NCBI GenBank assembly: GCA_965112155.1
Contig: OZ218109.1
From: Podarcis liolepis
Lineage: Eukaryota
DNA length: 64,000 nucleotides
Strand: one strand, 5' to 3'
In this document: positions 36,201-49,074 of the stretch, in pieces
Numbering within the stretch: the first letter of the stretch is position 1
Layout: every line of letters begins with the position of its first letter
Notes under the pieces: generated by a model
What the model was told of the DNA's origin: nothing
Database searches by the model: none
Seen by the model: only the letters and a program-made list of their open reading frames with translations
Translations under genes and position numbers: made by a program

Positions 36201-39200
36201 AGAAAATAAAAAAGGAAATCCAAAGCAGCAGAGTTGTTACAATAATTAAAAGACAGCACATCTCTTTCTCCACCACCATTAACAACCTGGATCATTAAAT
36301 CTCACATTTAAGAAGATATATAGGTTCGAGGTGTATTTAAGCTTAATTGTTGTTATTTCACTTCATCCTCTCCGAAGCTTCTGCAGTTCCTCTTTACAAC
36401 ATCAATCACAAAGATAAAGTTACTTTGGGTCTTTTACACAAATTGTTATGTTGTCCCAGTTTGATCCTGTTTTACACGCGACCAAATTCAGCCCAACCAG
36501 TTCAAAGTTGGGACTTTCCGAGTGCTTAGCTCCCACCCTGCCTTCTTGGGGATAGCAAAAGGAAGGGGTTGTTAAAACACTACACAAGCCTCAATGCCTG
36601 GTGGGTCACACAAAATGTGCAGGCCTCTTCTCATTTTGCTCCACAAAGGACAGCCAACTTAACACTCTGCGTTCCGAAATTACAGAGCGAATCCCAAGTC
36701 AGGTTTGTGAATCAAATAAGTGTAGTTAAATTCAATATAAAAACATAGTGGAAAAAGAGTAAATGGGGAAAGGCTTTGCCTTAAAAAGCTACACGTGCCT
36801 TAACTTCTTGTAGTATTTCAGCCAATAAAACGATTCTCGTGTTTTAACCATTAGTATTCAGATTTAGGCTCAAACATGACAGCCTTTAAGAATTATGGGC
36901 GGGGGCAACCTAAACATCAAGGAAGGTGTTATCATTTGTCACGTACAGCCATCTCTAAAAATTAAACAGGTGCACACTCCTCAACTCTGAATACATTCGA
37001 TCCTTAAAAGTAAATCACACTGGTTTCAGTGGAGTTTACTTCCAAGTAAGTAAAATTTAGAATTGGTGTGAAAGATGCATGTTTAAGCACTGTCGAGTCT
37101 AAAACTGGTTTGGATGTTCAAAAGATGCAGGGGGAAGAGGGAGAGGGAGTGACTGCTGCTGATTCTCACTCTTCGTACCTCGGTTGTTCCCCCAAGGCAA
37201 GGGGTGCAATGCCAAACCCCAAGCAATGGAAACACACACCCCCCCCCCCACTTTGAATTGCACCTGGAAACATAGAGACACTTGCTCTTTCCTAGGCAAT
37301 ATCAAAAACAACTCTGTACTGTTTTTATGGGAGACAGGGAAGAGCAATCAGTTGCAGGACATCTGCCTCATCAAATCCATCCAGCAGTAAGCCTGCGATT
37401 TTATTTTATTTTTTGGAACAGTCTAACTGCAGGTAGTGAAACTGCCTTGGCAGAAATGGGCTGGGAATTAAGAGGCCCCAAGAACATATTCAAAGGTAAT
37501 TTTTTATACTATTATCGTCCTGTGGCAGGTAGTGAGTGTAAACAAAACAACTTTCTTTTGCGGATTGATGTTGCAGCCAGAGGAAAAAGTTAAAATTTCA
37601 TGAGAACAAAACGAAAAGATGCACTGATCTTTCACGAAAACAGCTTGTGCTCCCCACTGCCCTCCAAAAAGTAAGAGAATGGAAACAGCCTTTGCAAAGA
37701 ACAGTGAATAATGCCCAGAAACCTTTTTTATAGGCAGTTATTCTAAAACCGTTTACACTTATTTACAATGGTGCTTTATAAAAACAAAACAAAAAAACAA
37801 AAAAAAATGGTAGCACTTCCTAAAATATTTTGGAACTTTTTTTAAACTTTTTTTTTCTTTTTTTAAAACTCCCTTGTCATAAAAGCCAACTTACATTAAA
37901 ATATACATACTACAAGACAACACAACTAACAAAATATATAATAAAACTCATACAAGTAGAAAATTCTGAGGTATTTCTGGTTTGAGGTGATCTGTGGTCG
38001 TGAAGTTTTTTCAAAACTTTTTTTTTTTTCAGTTTTAAACCTCGGAAGCCACGTAATGCGTATGTGTGTTCTAATTTTTTCTTTTCTTTTAAAAAATCAT
38101 TGCATGGTTTGCAAGTTAAAAAAATATTTAAATGTTGAATCAGCAGCATTAGGAACATTCACTGATTAGAGCGAGTTTATGGCATAAATAGACTCAACCG
38201 TATTGAAAATACGCACCACTGTTAAGATGAAAGAGTTGGGTGACAGAGTTCAGAGAACGAAGAATCAAGACGAACCAACTTGGAGGTTTGTCAACAGACG
38301 GCGAACCTTGGCCTGGGTGTGACAGGCCCCAATGGGACAATGGAACTTACTTCCGAGCAAAGTATACCAATATGCTTAGGATCGGGGCCGAGAAAGTACA
38401 GATGAACACTAGGCTACAAAAGTGCAGCTGAGAACCCCCATTTCAAAGTGGTTTAAGTGTCATGGCTTCCATTAAAGAAGTCTGGGCAATGTAAGCGTTG
38501 GGAGGCATTAATGCTTAAAATAAAAAATAGAAGCCCCCCGAACCACACACCCAATTTCATTGGAGATACCAAAAGAAGCTGAAAAGATCTGGAATGGGTT
38601 TAAATCTGTCACACAGATGGGCTGCAATATAAGAGTAAACAACATGGTTATCTCCACATATCCCATCCACATCGGCCAACCCACTGAATAAAGCACATTT
38701 CCTGGGAAATGTGGATGCATCGGGATATAACGACTGAAATCCAGAACCTTTAAGAATTTCACTAGTTTCTCAAGCACATTTACTTGGAAGTAAGGCCTAT
38801 TGCTCAGTGGGGTTTCTAAGGAAATCGGTTTCCGATCACAGCATCACACGCTAAGAACCTGTTGCAGGCATTAACCGTCTTCTTTTTGAGCTTACATGTT
38901 TTGTTTTCCCTCGTATTTTTATTTGAAAACGGACTTTTAGAAACTCCAAACGTTGCTCCAATCGGACGCCGCGTGGGAAATTTGCCCAAAACGCAGCAAT
39001 TCAGCCCCAAGACCGCATTCTCTGAACTTTTTTTTAAAAGATATAGGGGTTTTCTTTTTCCTTTATGTGAATACCACTGAAGCCTGAGGTAACGAAAGGA
39101 CCTCATTCCGCCGGCGATTCGCTGTGACCCAACTTTCTCCGTGCTCCGCAGCAGTTTTAATACTCTTGCCTCAAAACTTGCCCCTTCCTCTCATGAACTG

Positions 39201-39851
39201 TTTACCTGAGAAGTAGCTGCCTAAGCAGGTGTTTCTCCCGAATGCTGCCAGAGTTCAACGTCTTCTCTCCCAAGTCCCAATACTAAATTTTTCCCTTTCG
39301 ATTCTATACCATCAAAGAGTGAGCGTTCTTCTTCTTGGCTTCTCTCCCAACTCCCCGCCTCCCCCCTCACCCCCACATTACGGCGACACCCGTTACACCC
39401 GTAAAAGACACGTCTGCTTTTGTTTTCTTTTTTTTCTTTTTTTTTTTAAGCTCGCTGTCAAAAATAGAAAAGGAACAACGGAAAAAAGAAAAGTCGCGGG
39501 GTGTGAGAGTCTTGTGATGAGGTGTGATCTTATGTAACAGTCTTTTTAAGCTCGCAGCATGTCCTTGCCGATGGGTAGGCTTTTGTTTGCTTGGTATCGC
39601 CGATGCCTTGCGTAGAAAAAACAGACCGGACAAAAGAGAAAACCCAGAAAACAGGATTATTATTATTATTTAAAAAAGGGAAATAAAAGTGAGTCCATTG
39701 AGGTCTTGAGGTACCTGCACCGTTATCTGCATTCATTAGTCGGCACCCGAATGCTTGCTGAGATGTCCTCGTTTTTCCTTCTCCCCCCCCCCTCGTTTTA
39801 ATACAGTAGAGCAATGCGCTGGTAAAATTGATCCAGTCAAAATAATAATAA

Positions 39852-40002
39852 NNNNNNNNNNNNNNNNNNNNNNNNNNNNNNNNNNNNNNNNNNNNNNNNN
39901 NNNNNNNNNNNNNNNNNNNNNNNNNNNNNNNNNNNNNNNNNNNNNNNNNNNNNNNNNNNNNNNNNNNNNNNNNNNNNNNNNNNNNNNNNNNNNNNNNNNN
40001 NN
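39852..40002. other. Assembly gap (N run)
   Basis: 151 N in the proximal ACVR2B 3'UTR. Confidence 1.
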
Positions 40003-40085
40003 ACTTCTTTCTTTTAAAAAAATCCAGTGAGTCTGGAAAGACCACAAAAAAATGAAAGAAAAAACAAAAAACCGTGAACCAGGCT

Positions 40086-40280
40086 TTAGATACTTGACTC
40101 TTTGGGCAACAAGTCCACGTTGGTGACAGAGGTCACAATGGAAACCAGGCAGTCCGAGGTAGGGCCGTTTACTGATTTGCGTATCTGAGAAATCCGCTCC
40201 TCTACGCAACCTGCCGAGAGGCGTGCCTCTGCGTCGTGGTCCCAGCATTCTTCTATCGTGACACAAAGCTGTGCCAAACC
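40086..40280 (-). CDS. ACVR2B: ACVR2B exon 11 (last coding exon, PDZ-binding ESSI end)
   Basis: [64 protein letters not shown]; 195 nt. Confidence 0.97.
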   Translation of the reverse strand, partial: GLAQLCVTIEECWDHDAEARLSAGCVEERISQIRKSVNGPTSDCLVSIVTSVTNVDLLPKESSI

Positions 40281-40491
40281 CTGAAGACAGAGGGTGAGAG
40301 GACAGGGGTGTTTAGGCTCATAGGACACCGAGGGTGGAGTTAGGAACAGCATTAAGCCTAGAATCCCACTTCCCTTCCCATCACTGCTGACCTCGCCTAG
40401 TCGCTACTAGGGGCTGCTGCCTCAAGCTGGGATAAAAACTGGCGCCGATTTCTTTGTGTTTATGAAAGGCGAACCATATCACATTTATATA

Positions 40492-40733
40492 CAGTGGTAC
40501 CTCAGGTTACAGACACTTCAGGTTACATACGCTTCAGGTTACAGACTCCGCTAACCCAGAAATAGTGCTTCAGGTTAAGAACTTTGCTTCAGAATGAGAA
40601 CAGAAATCGTGCTCCGGTGGCGCAGCAGTAGTAGGAGGCCCCATTAGCTAAAGTGGTGCTTCAGGTTAAGAACAGTTTCAGGTTAAGAACGGACCTCCGG
40701 AACGAATTAAGTACTTAACCCGAGGTACCACTG
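40492..40733. mobile_element. Tigger/pogo-like MITE, copy A
   Basis: TA|CAGTGGTACCTC...GAGGTACCACTG|TA; internal CTTCAGGTTA repeats. Confidence 0.9.
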
Positions 40734-41893
40734 TATTGCAATTTACTCATTTCGGAACATTGATCACCCACTTAACTATTGAAGGAAAACCTTTCAGTGG
40801 TGTGCAGTATGTAAAAGAACAATACAAAACTATCACGAGTCAAATTTGTGGAGTCCGGCTTCAATGATCGGATTCAGTGGTCAAGAAAAGCCAGAACGAT
40901 TAAAGAGATGTCTAAAAACAGACAAGAGGAGCGTCCTACGCAGCAGAGAAAAAACAACAGACACAGGCTTAACTTCTTCAAGTGAGATCTAGGCCTTTAT
41001 GTAGTGTTCTAAAGATACTATTTTTTCAACCAACACAAACAATCTACCAGTCTGGGGAATTTATTTCATTAGTTTAGCTCTCTTTTATTTTCCTTATGTC
41101 TAAATGAAAGTGTTCTAAGGCACTGCATCCGTATATTAATTGGACCAAAACCCAGAAATGGCTTATAAAACAACAGCAACAGCAGCAGCAGCAACAATAT
41201 AAAGCAGGTTTCCTGGGTCTACACAAAATCAACCCCTCAGAAAAACTCGTCACTTAGGCCAAGACCCAAAGAACTTTCTATGTAGACAGAGGCTTGAGAA
41301 TGCCTCTCCCTGACCCATACGACTGGACCTGGTTTTAAATCTCTGAATCCTCTGAATTTCTGTTTCATTCACTTTCATGGTGTTTCTTTCATATATGTGC
41401 TTTCCCCTGCTCTTATCTGTGTTTGTTTCTATATTACATTTTTTTAATGTTAGATGCTGTAAAGATGCTTTTAAACAGATAATAAAATACATAAAAGCTG
41501 AGGAGAGAGAGACAGACAGACAGAGGGAGTGAGGTGTTTGTGTACAGCCCTGCCACCCACATCACATTACATCACAATCTGCTTTTGAAAGTCCCCTCGG
41601 ATTAGAACAAATAAATGAACGAAGAAAGCTGATGTAAAAAGAAAACACAGATCCAAATCTCTGCACAGTGCTTGGAACTAGTTCAAGGTTCCTCGAATTC
41701 AAGCCACATTATAATTTGAAATAGGTTTTCTTCTTCTAGAGAAACCAGGAGGACCTGCTAATCTCCCTTTCTCTTCTCCTTGCTCCTCTCACTGCACCCC
41801 TAAGGGCTACTCAGAACCACTACAAATTAAGGCAATGCTAATAGTAATACTGATACTAACACTAAAGGTATTACCTTTAGTACTTTTAATACT

Positions 41894-42157
41894 AAAGGTA
41901 AAGGACTCCTGGATGGTTAAGTCCGGTCAAAGGAGACTATGGGGTTGCGGCGCTCATCTCGCTTTCAGGCCAAGGGAGCTGGCGTTTGTCCACAGACAGC
42001 TTTCCGGGTCATGTGGCCAGCAGGACTAAACTGCTTCTGGCGCAACGGGACATCGTGACGGAAACCAGAGTGCACGGAAACGCCGTTTACCTTCCCGTCA
42101 GAGTGGTACCTATTCATCTACTTGCCCTGGCGTGCTTTCGATCTGCTAGGTTGGCAG
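41894..42157 (-). mobile_element. 5'-truncated Sauria SINE
   Basis: AAAGGTAAAGG tail and body matching the 1847-2197 copy in reverse. Confidence 0.85.
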
Positions 42158-42211
42158 TACTAATACTACCACTACTGGTAGTAATAATAAACCCCACCAA
42201 ATTTTAATCTA

Positions 42212-42434
42212 CAGTGGTACATCGGGTTAAGAACTTAATTCGTTCTGGAGGTCCGTTCTTAACCTGAAACTGTTCTTAACCTGAAGCACCACTTTAGCTA
42301 ATGGGGCCTCCCGCTGCTGCGCCGCCGCCGTGTGATTTCTGTTCTCACCCTGAAGCAAAGTTCTTAACCCAAGGTACTATTTCTGGGTTAGCGGAGTCTG
42401 TAACCTGAAGCGTCTGTAACCCAAGGTACCACTG
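42212..42434. mobile_element. Tigger/pogo-like MITE, copy B (inverted relative to A)
   Basis: TA|CAGTGGTAC...GGTACCACTG|TA; body is the reverse complement of 40492-40733. Confidence 0.9.
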
Positions 42435-42537
42435 TAGGGGGTTTTGTCTTTTTTTAATGCTGCAAGTCAAAAACTTGTGATTGACTTGAATGGGGCTTCC
42501 TGCTCTACAGTGCGGTACTTTTGGAGCCTAGTTGCTA

Positions 42538-42732
<195 letters not shown>

Positions 42733-42821
42733 TCATTATGTGGCAGAGCTCCTTGGAGGAGACAGAAAGCTCGAATTCAGGGTGACCTATGGCTGTGTAC
42801 ACATTACAAGCTTAAAACAGA

Positions 42822-43400
42822 TAATAACAATAACAATAATAATTTATTATTTATACCCCACCCATCTGGCTGGGTTTCCCCAGCCACTCTGGGCGGCTTC
42901 CAATAAAACACTAAAATACAGTAACCTATTAAATATTAAAAGCTTCCCTAAACAGGGCTGCCTTCAGATGTCTTCTAAAAGTTTGGTAGTTATTTTTCTC
43001 TTTGACATCTGGTGGGAGGGCGTTCCACAGGGCGGGTGCCACTACCGAGAAGGCCCTCTGCCTGGTTCCCTGTAAGCTCACTTCTCGCAGTGAGGGAACC
43101 GCCAGAAGGCCCTCGGCACTGGACCTCAGTGTCCGGGCAGAACGATGGAGGTGGAGACGCTCTTTCAGGTATACTGGACTGAGGCCGTTTAGGGCTTTAA
43201 AGGTCAGCACCAACACTTTGAATTGTGCTTGGAAATGTACTGGGAGCCAGTGTAGGTCTTTCAGGACCGGTGTTATATGGTCTCGGCGGCAGCTCTCAGT
43301 CACCAGTCTGGCTGCCACATTCTGGATTAGTTGTAATTTCCGGGTCACCTTCAAAGGTAGCCCCAGGTAGAGCGCATTGCAGTAGTCCAAGCGGGAGATA
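42822..43400 (-). mobile_element. L2 LINE 3' fragment (young)
   Basis: Open frame SRLDYCNALYLGLP...LQLIQNVAARLV...DHITPVLKDLHWLPV...RAFSVVAPALWNALP...FRRHLKAALF, followed by an L2 3' tail and (TTA)-like repeat. Confidence 0.9.
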
Positions 43401-44742
43401 ATTAGAGCTGACTTGTTCACTTTTTCTCAGTTTGGATCAAAGCTGAGGGGTTTTTTTTGGGGGGGGGGGCGGAACCACATCGAGACATAATATTTCCTAA
43501 GAAGTAACAGGATAGATACAGGATGAATATGGATTGTGGCTAACAACATGGAAGTCAACTGGATGAAGAGCAAGCTGGAACATGTACACTGCCTAAGTCT
43601 CCACAGCAACACCAGAAAGTGGCAAAGATCACAGTTCACACATACATGCAGGTCCCACTATCAGAACTCTAGTTATCCAAGATTTGTTACCCAGATAATT
43701 ATACCCAAACTTCAGTACATGAATGGGTGGCTCAGATCTCCAAACAGCCATTTAAGCTGGCTTGGTTTCCCCAAACCATAGTTTCAGTATCTACCATTTG
43801 TCTGGGCTTGGACAAGTAAATGCATTTAGCAGAAAACTAAAGCAAAAGTTTCCAATCTCATCTTTGTGACCGACCCACTGAAAGAGAGGAGGGAAGTGTC
43901 CTAGCCCAGGACCCACACAGGCTCATTCCCAAAGCACCATATCTCAATGCAGGCACTAGCCCAATGAGGTACCTTCCTTCCCTTGGTACAGAACTGTTCC
44001 CTTTATGTATTTAGATCCAGAGCTTATTTTTCAGTCATCTAGCACTCCAAGTGTCTTACAGTCAGTAATTAAGGCAAAGGTACAATACCACAAAAGACAA
44101 TAAAACATATTGAAGGTTAAACCAACCGTTCAAAATAAATATGAAGAAAATAGGTCAATGAACTCAGAAGGCTCAAAAGGACCCAGTATGCCTGAACTAG
44201 CGCTTTCCAGCTGATTAAAGAAATATTGTTAATTAATCACGCAAATTTTAGGTGACTGACCAATTAATCTATTCGGTTTGCATGTGAGTAATTCTGGCTT
44301 GAGTAAATATAGTAGTATAGGACATAAAAATAGAGGGAGGAAGTATACCATCTGAACTGAAAGCCTAGAATTAAATAGATAAAGAGAAAACAGGCCATTC
44401 TCTAAAAACAACAATTACTTATAATCTCTGGCGGTCCTTAAATCAAGAAAGTTCCTAAATGTTGCGTAGGCAGGCACAGAGCCCACATGTGTGACTGCAC
44501 AGCTAGCACAAAGAAAAATTACTTATTATTTCGAGTTTCTAGTGGTCGTTAAATTGACCTTTTGCAGCAGGCAGTACAAAGTTTGCAACCCTTTTGACTA
44601 CTTCTACATTTCTGGCTCTCAAGAAGGGTGCAATATTGTAAAAGTTCTTGTGTAACCCCAGTACATAACTATATGGAGAAAATGTTATCTGCCATATTGT
44701 TGTGCATTCATATGGGAATTTTCTCCGTGATCTTAGGTGGTG

Positions 44743-44743
<1 letters not shown>

Positions 44744-44773
<30 letters not shown>
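44744..44773. repeat. (TAT)n microsatellite
   Basis: About 10 TAT units. Confidence 0.9.
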
Positions 44774-44774
<1 letters not shown>

Positions 44775-44819
44775 TACTATTTCTTACTTCGCCAAACCTT
44801 TATTAGGCATTACAAGTAT

Positions 44820-45170
44820 AAAGGTAAAGGGACCCCTGACCATTAGGTCCAGTCATGACCGACTCTGGGGTTGTGGCGCTCATCTCACTTTATTGGCCGA
44901 GGGAGCCGGCGTACAGCTTCCGGGTCATGTGGCCAGCATGACTAAGCTGCTTCTGGCGAACGAGAGCAGCGCACGGAAACGCCGTTTACCTTCCCGACGG
45001 AGCGGTTCCTATTTATCTACTTGCACTTTGACGTGCTTTCGAACTGCTAGGTTGGCAGGAGCAGGGACCGAGCAACAGGAGCTCACCCCGTCGTGGGGAT
45101 TCAAACTGCCGACCTTCTGATCGGCAAGTCCTAGGCTCTGTGGTTTAACCCACGGCGGCACCCGCATCCC
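44820..45170 (-). mobile_element. Full-length Sauria SINE
   Basis: Reverse complement of the 1847-2197 family, head through (ACCTTT) tail. Confidence 0.9.
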
Positions 45171-45542
45171 ATCCATCCATATATAAAATTTTAAAATATA
45201 TACAACTAAACAGCCACGTAAAATATATAACAACGAGGATTTTCATTGGGATTTCTTCCCACTCACCACTCTAAGAGATGCTATTGATGAAAACTCAGCC
45301 ACCCTTGCAGTTACTTCTGGGTTAATGTCGGACAGATAGAATCTGAGATTTACTATTTCATAAAAGTTTATATACCACTTAATTGTTTGGGGGAAACCTT
45401 AAAAGCGGTGGGGTGACTAAGGGGGTCCCCACTCCGCTGGCAACATTCCAGTTGGGCAAAGGCGCTCCCAGAATTTCCTGGAAACCAGAGACAGTGGGGC
45501 TAACCCCAAAGCTGTATACACAGTAGAGATTGCGATACTCAC

Positions 45543-45681
45543 CATCAGCTGCTTTGCACCTGGAGACCAACTCCCACAAGACTAGCCCCATGGCATACAT
45601 GTCTATTCTGAGGAAGGCGTCTCTCTGGAAGTTTATTGCTCCCTCTAACACCTCGGGAGCCATGTATCTTCTTGTTCCCAC
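45543..45681 (-). CDS. ACVR2B: ACVR2B exon 9
   Basis: [46 protein letters not shown]; donor G|GTGAGT; 139 nt. Confidence 0.97.
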
Positions 45682-45782
45682 CTGAGTCAGAAAGAGGAAT
45701 AGGCCACTGAGACGAAAGGGTAGCAAATACAGAACCCCCATCCTTAAAACTGCGGGGATTGTTCTTCTTTCTTTAATTTAAA

Positions 45783-46165
45783 CCATACTTTCCCATCTAT
45801 GACACCTCCTGTTTTGCGGGACTCAAATTTCAGGAAATGGGGGGGGGGGATCACACAGGGTTGTTGAGCTTTTGGGAGGGGGGCGGGAATTGCTGTAAAT
45901 CGCTCCCCTGCACGCGTCACAAAATCCGCCTCCCATCTGTCCCCTCGCCAGCAGAAGCTGCCAATCGCCCGCCCAACTCCCGCAGCGCCAGCCAATCAAC
46001 ACCACCCATTGACGCAGCAACCAATCACACACACAATAGCTGCTAACCGACGCAGCAGCAGCAACCAATCAAACGTCCTATTCACTACCCATGTATAAGA
46101 CGACACCAGTTTTTTTGCATGATTTTTCAAGAAAAAAGTATAGTCATATACACGGAAAAGTACAG
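45783..46165. mobile_element. Tc2/pogo-like MITE (degenerate)
   Basis: Ends CCATACTTTCC / GGAAAAGTACAG|TA; subterminal TATAAGACGAC; internal CCAATC repeats. Confidence 0.55.
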
Positions 46166-47151
46166 TAGTCATCATTTGCAGAAGGAGGTGGAGGAACAAG
46201 ACTTTCTCACACCCTATGTAGGGCTTCCCTCTCCCTTCCAACTTGAGTCATGCATCTGGTCATAAAGCGTTCTCCATATTCAGCGCTGCAGGAAATTCGG
46301 GGGGGGGGTATCATGTGGGGGGGGGGTGTTTGTGGATGTATCAGTACAAAGCTGAATGGTGGGGCAGCGCTCTCTCCATCTGCACATCCCAAACAAAGAA
46401 CTGTTGAATAGTTGAAGTGTACCCTGCAACATTGAATGTCAGCTTCTGGTTTGCGCAATTTGCTAGCTGTATTTGGACTGGGCTGATCGCTGGGACGAGC
46501 CACTGAGAGCTCTTAGCATCTGCAGCAGAATGAGGCGGAAGAGTAGACCGCGCTACACCAGCCAGTTTCGAATGTTTCGCCACATCAAAGAACGTGCCAG
46601 CAAAACAACAAACAAATACGTCACAGAGAAAGGTCCCAAGGTAACCCAGTCACTGTTGTGCCTAGTATTCGCCTTGCAGGGAGTTGGATTCTTAAATATA
46701 TCATATAAACACACAAACACATCTTTTTTGTGATTGTATTCACTGCTACTGAGCGCTATCACCACTATTTCCTTTGCGGATCATGGCAGTCGTTTGGTGT
46801 TGGCACCCACGGCACTTTTGTCAAGATGTGAGAACTGGCACCTCTCTCTCTTTTGACCAAAAACCTCCCCCCCCCCATTCTACAGGTGAATAAATATTTT
46901 TTTAAAATAAAATAATTGGAAGCATTCAAAAAATGGAAGCGTCAGTGGTTGACTAAAGTGGCAAGAGGCCCATTCTCCCAATTCAGGACTTTGAAACCTG
47001 ATTCTGCTGCAGACGTAGTCCAGGGACTCTGCTGGACAGCACAGGTGGATTCTGTGAACAATGATGTGATCGCATGGAAATGTAGTTTTCCCAACAGGCA
47101 AGCTATAGTAAAGGTGATGACTAAGTGTGCCCATTAATCTGACAATTACTA

Positions 47152-47571
<420 letters not shown>

Positions 47572-47624
47572 CTACACCACCACCGGGGGGCTGCCCAGTT
47601 GGTATAGGACACACACACCCCAAC

Positions 47625-47960
47625 ACGGCCTTTTCGGTGGTGGCTCCCCAGAGGTGGAATGCCCTGTCTCGGAGTTGCATCCGTCTTCATTATCAACCTT
47701 CAGGAGGAATTTGAAACCATTCCTGTTTATCCAAGGATTTGGCGACTGAATAATTATGTTCCAGGCAACCATAAGATTGTTGGATGCAAGAGTGTCTTTA
47801 ATTGCTTTAAGACTAACTGTTTTTAGATATTTTTAATTGTAACTTTTAAAAAAAAAAATCAGTTTTGGAACGTTTGCTTTGTTTTTGTATTATATGTTAC
47901 ATCTGTTTGCCGCTCTGGGCTCTTTCAAGAGGAAAGGAGGGATGGAAATTCAATAAATAA
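47625..47960 (+). mobile_element. Old L2 LINE 3' fragment
   Basis: GCCTTTTCGGTGGTGGCTCCC..TGGAATGCCCT...TTCAGGAGGAATTTGAAA...; tail ending AATAAATAA. Confidence 0.6.
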
Positions 47961-48697
47961 GCAAAAACACAATAAGTTTCTAAAACCCATTGCTGTTTTT
48001 ATGTCATCTAGACTTCTCAGCCAGGCCTTTTCTGTTAGGTTCTGGAACCGTAGCTGTTGCCCTGGCTCCCTCACTTTTTGTCCTTACCTACCCTGTAAGT
48101 TCAAAAGCCCTGGCTATTAAGTCATTCCTGAACTTTCTAACATTTTCAGCGTGGGTTAAGAAGAAAAAGGGATGTGGGTGAATATAATTAAATTACAGAC
48201 CTTAGGCAGCAGATGGCAAGCCCATGTGTGTTTGGCATTATAATTCTCCTGCCATCAATTCAATTCACTGTGGTAACCCTGCCGTCGGACCGCGGGACAA
48301 CAGCGGGGCCCAGCGACGTAATTAATGAGGGCAGAGACAATTGTTTTCTGAAATCTCCTGTCAGAATACGTTACGGAGAGAGACGCCGCAGCAGAGAGAG
48401 GAGGAGAGTTCAGTGAGTTCCCAGGGCACAGAATGCCCTGCAGGGGAACGGCATCCTCTTGCGATTCTCTATTCTTCTGAGAGAAAGGTCTTCCTCACAT
48501 CCTAAACATTGGAGGTATGATACAACTGGCACCACAGATTCCAGTGGCCCAGATGGAGGAAAAAGAGGTGGCTGAACTGCTGCTGAGCACTGAAATTGGC
48601 GAGCAATATTTTGACAGAATGTTATTTACTCTACTTGTAACAGGGGCAGCCAATGTGTTGTCTTCTGCATCAACAGTGTGGTCAAGAAAGATGGGTA

Positions 48698-48923
48698 CAG
48701 TGGTACCTCGGGTTAAGTACTTAATTCGTTCCGGAGGTCCGTTCTTAACCTGTAACTGTTCTTAACCTGAAGCACCACTTTAGCTAATGGGGCCTCCTGC
48801 GGCTGCTGTGCCGCCAGAGCACGATTTCTGTTCTCAACCTGAAGCAAAGTTCTTAACCTGAAGCACTATTTCTGGGTTAGCGGAGTCTGTAACCTGAAGT
48901 GTATGTAACCCGAAGTACCACTG
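48698..48923. mobile_element. Tigger/pogo-like MITE, copy C (same orientation as B)
   Basis: TA|CAGTGGTACCTCGGGTTAAG...GTACCACTG|TA. Confidence 0.9.
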
Positions 48924-48939
48924 TATTGTGGTCTAACAA

Positions 48940-49074
48940 NNNNNNNNNNNNNNNNNNNNNNNNNNNNNNNNNNNNNNNNNNNNNNNNNNNNNNNNNNNNN
49001 NNNNNNNNNNNNNNNNNNNNNNNNNNNNNNNNNNNNNNNNNNNNNNNNNNNNNNNNNNNNNNNNNNNNNNNNNN
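48940..49074. other. Assembly gap (N run)
   Basis: 135 N in ACVR2B intron 7. Confidence 1.

Larger units (their letters stand above)
30205..40085 (-). other. ACVR2B: Inferred long (~9.9 kb) ACVR2B 3'UTR
   Basis: TE-poor, U-rich on the mRNA strand, ending at tandem AATAAA (minus strand, 30221-30226 and 30228-30233), beyond which repeats resume. Mammalian ACVR2B is known to have a very long 3'UTR. Confidence 0.65.

Noticed and set aside
39530-40266. ORFs of 170+ aa next to the ACVR2B stop
   Set aside because: They span an N gap; artefacts of unknown bases.
42929-43420. 163-aa ORF in ACVR2B intron 9
   Set aside because: L2 reverse transcriptase C-terminal remnant.
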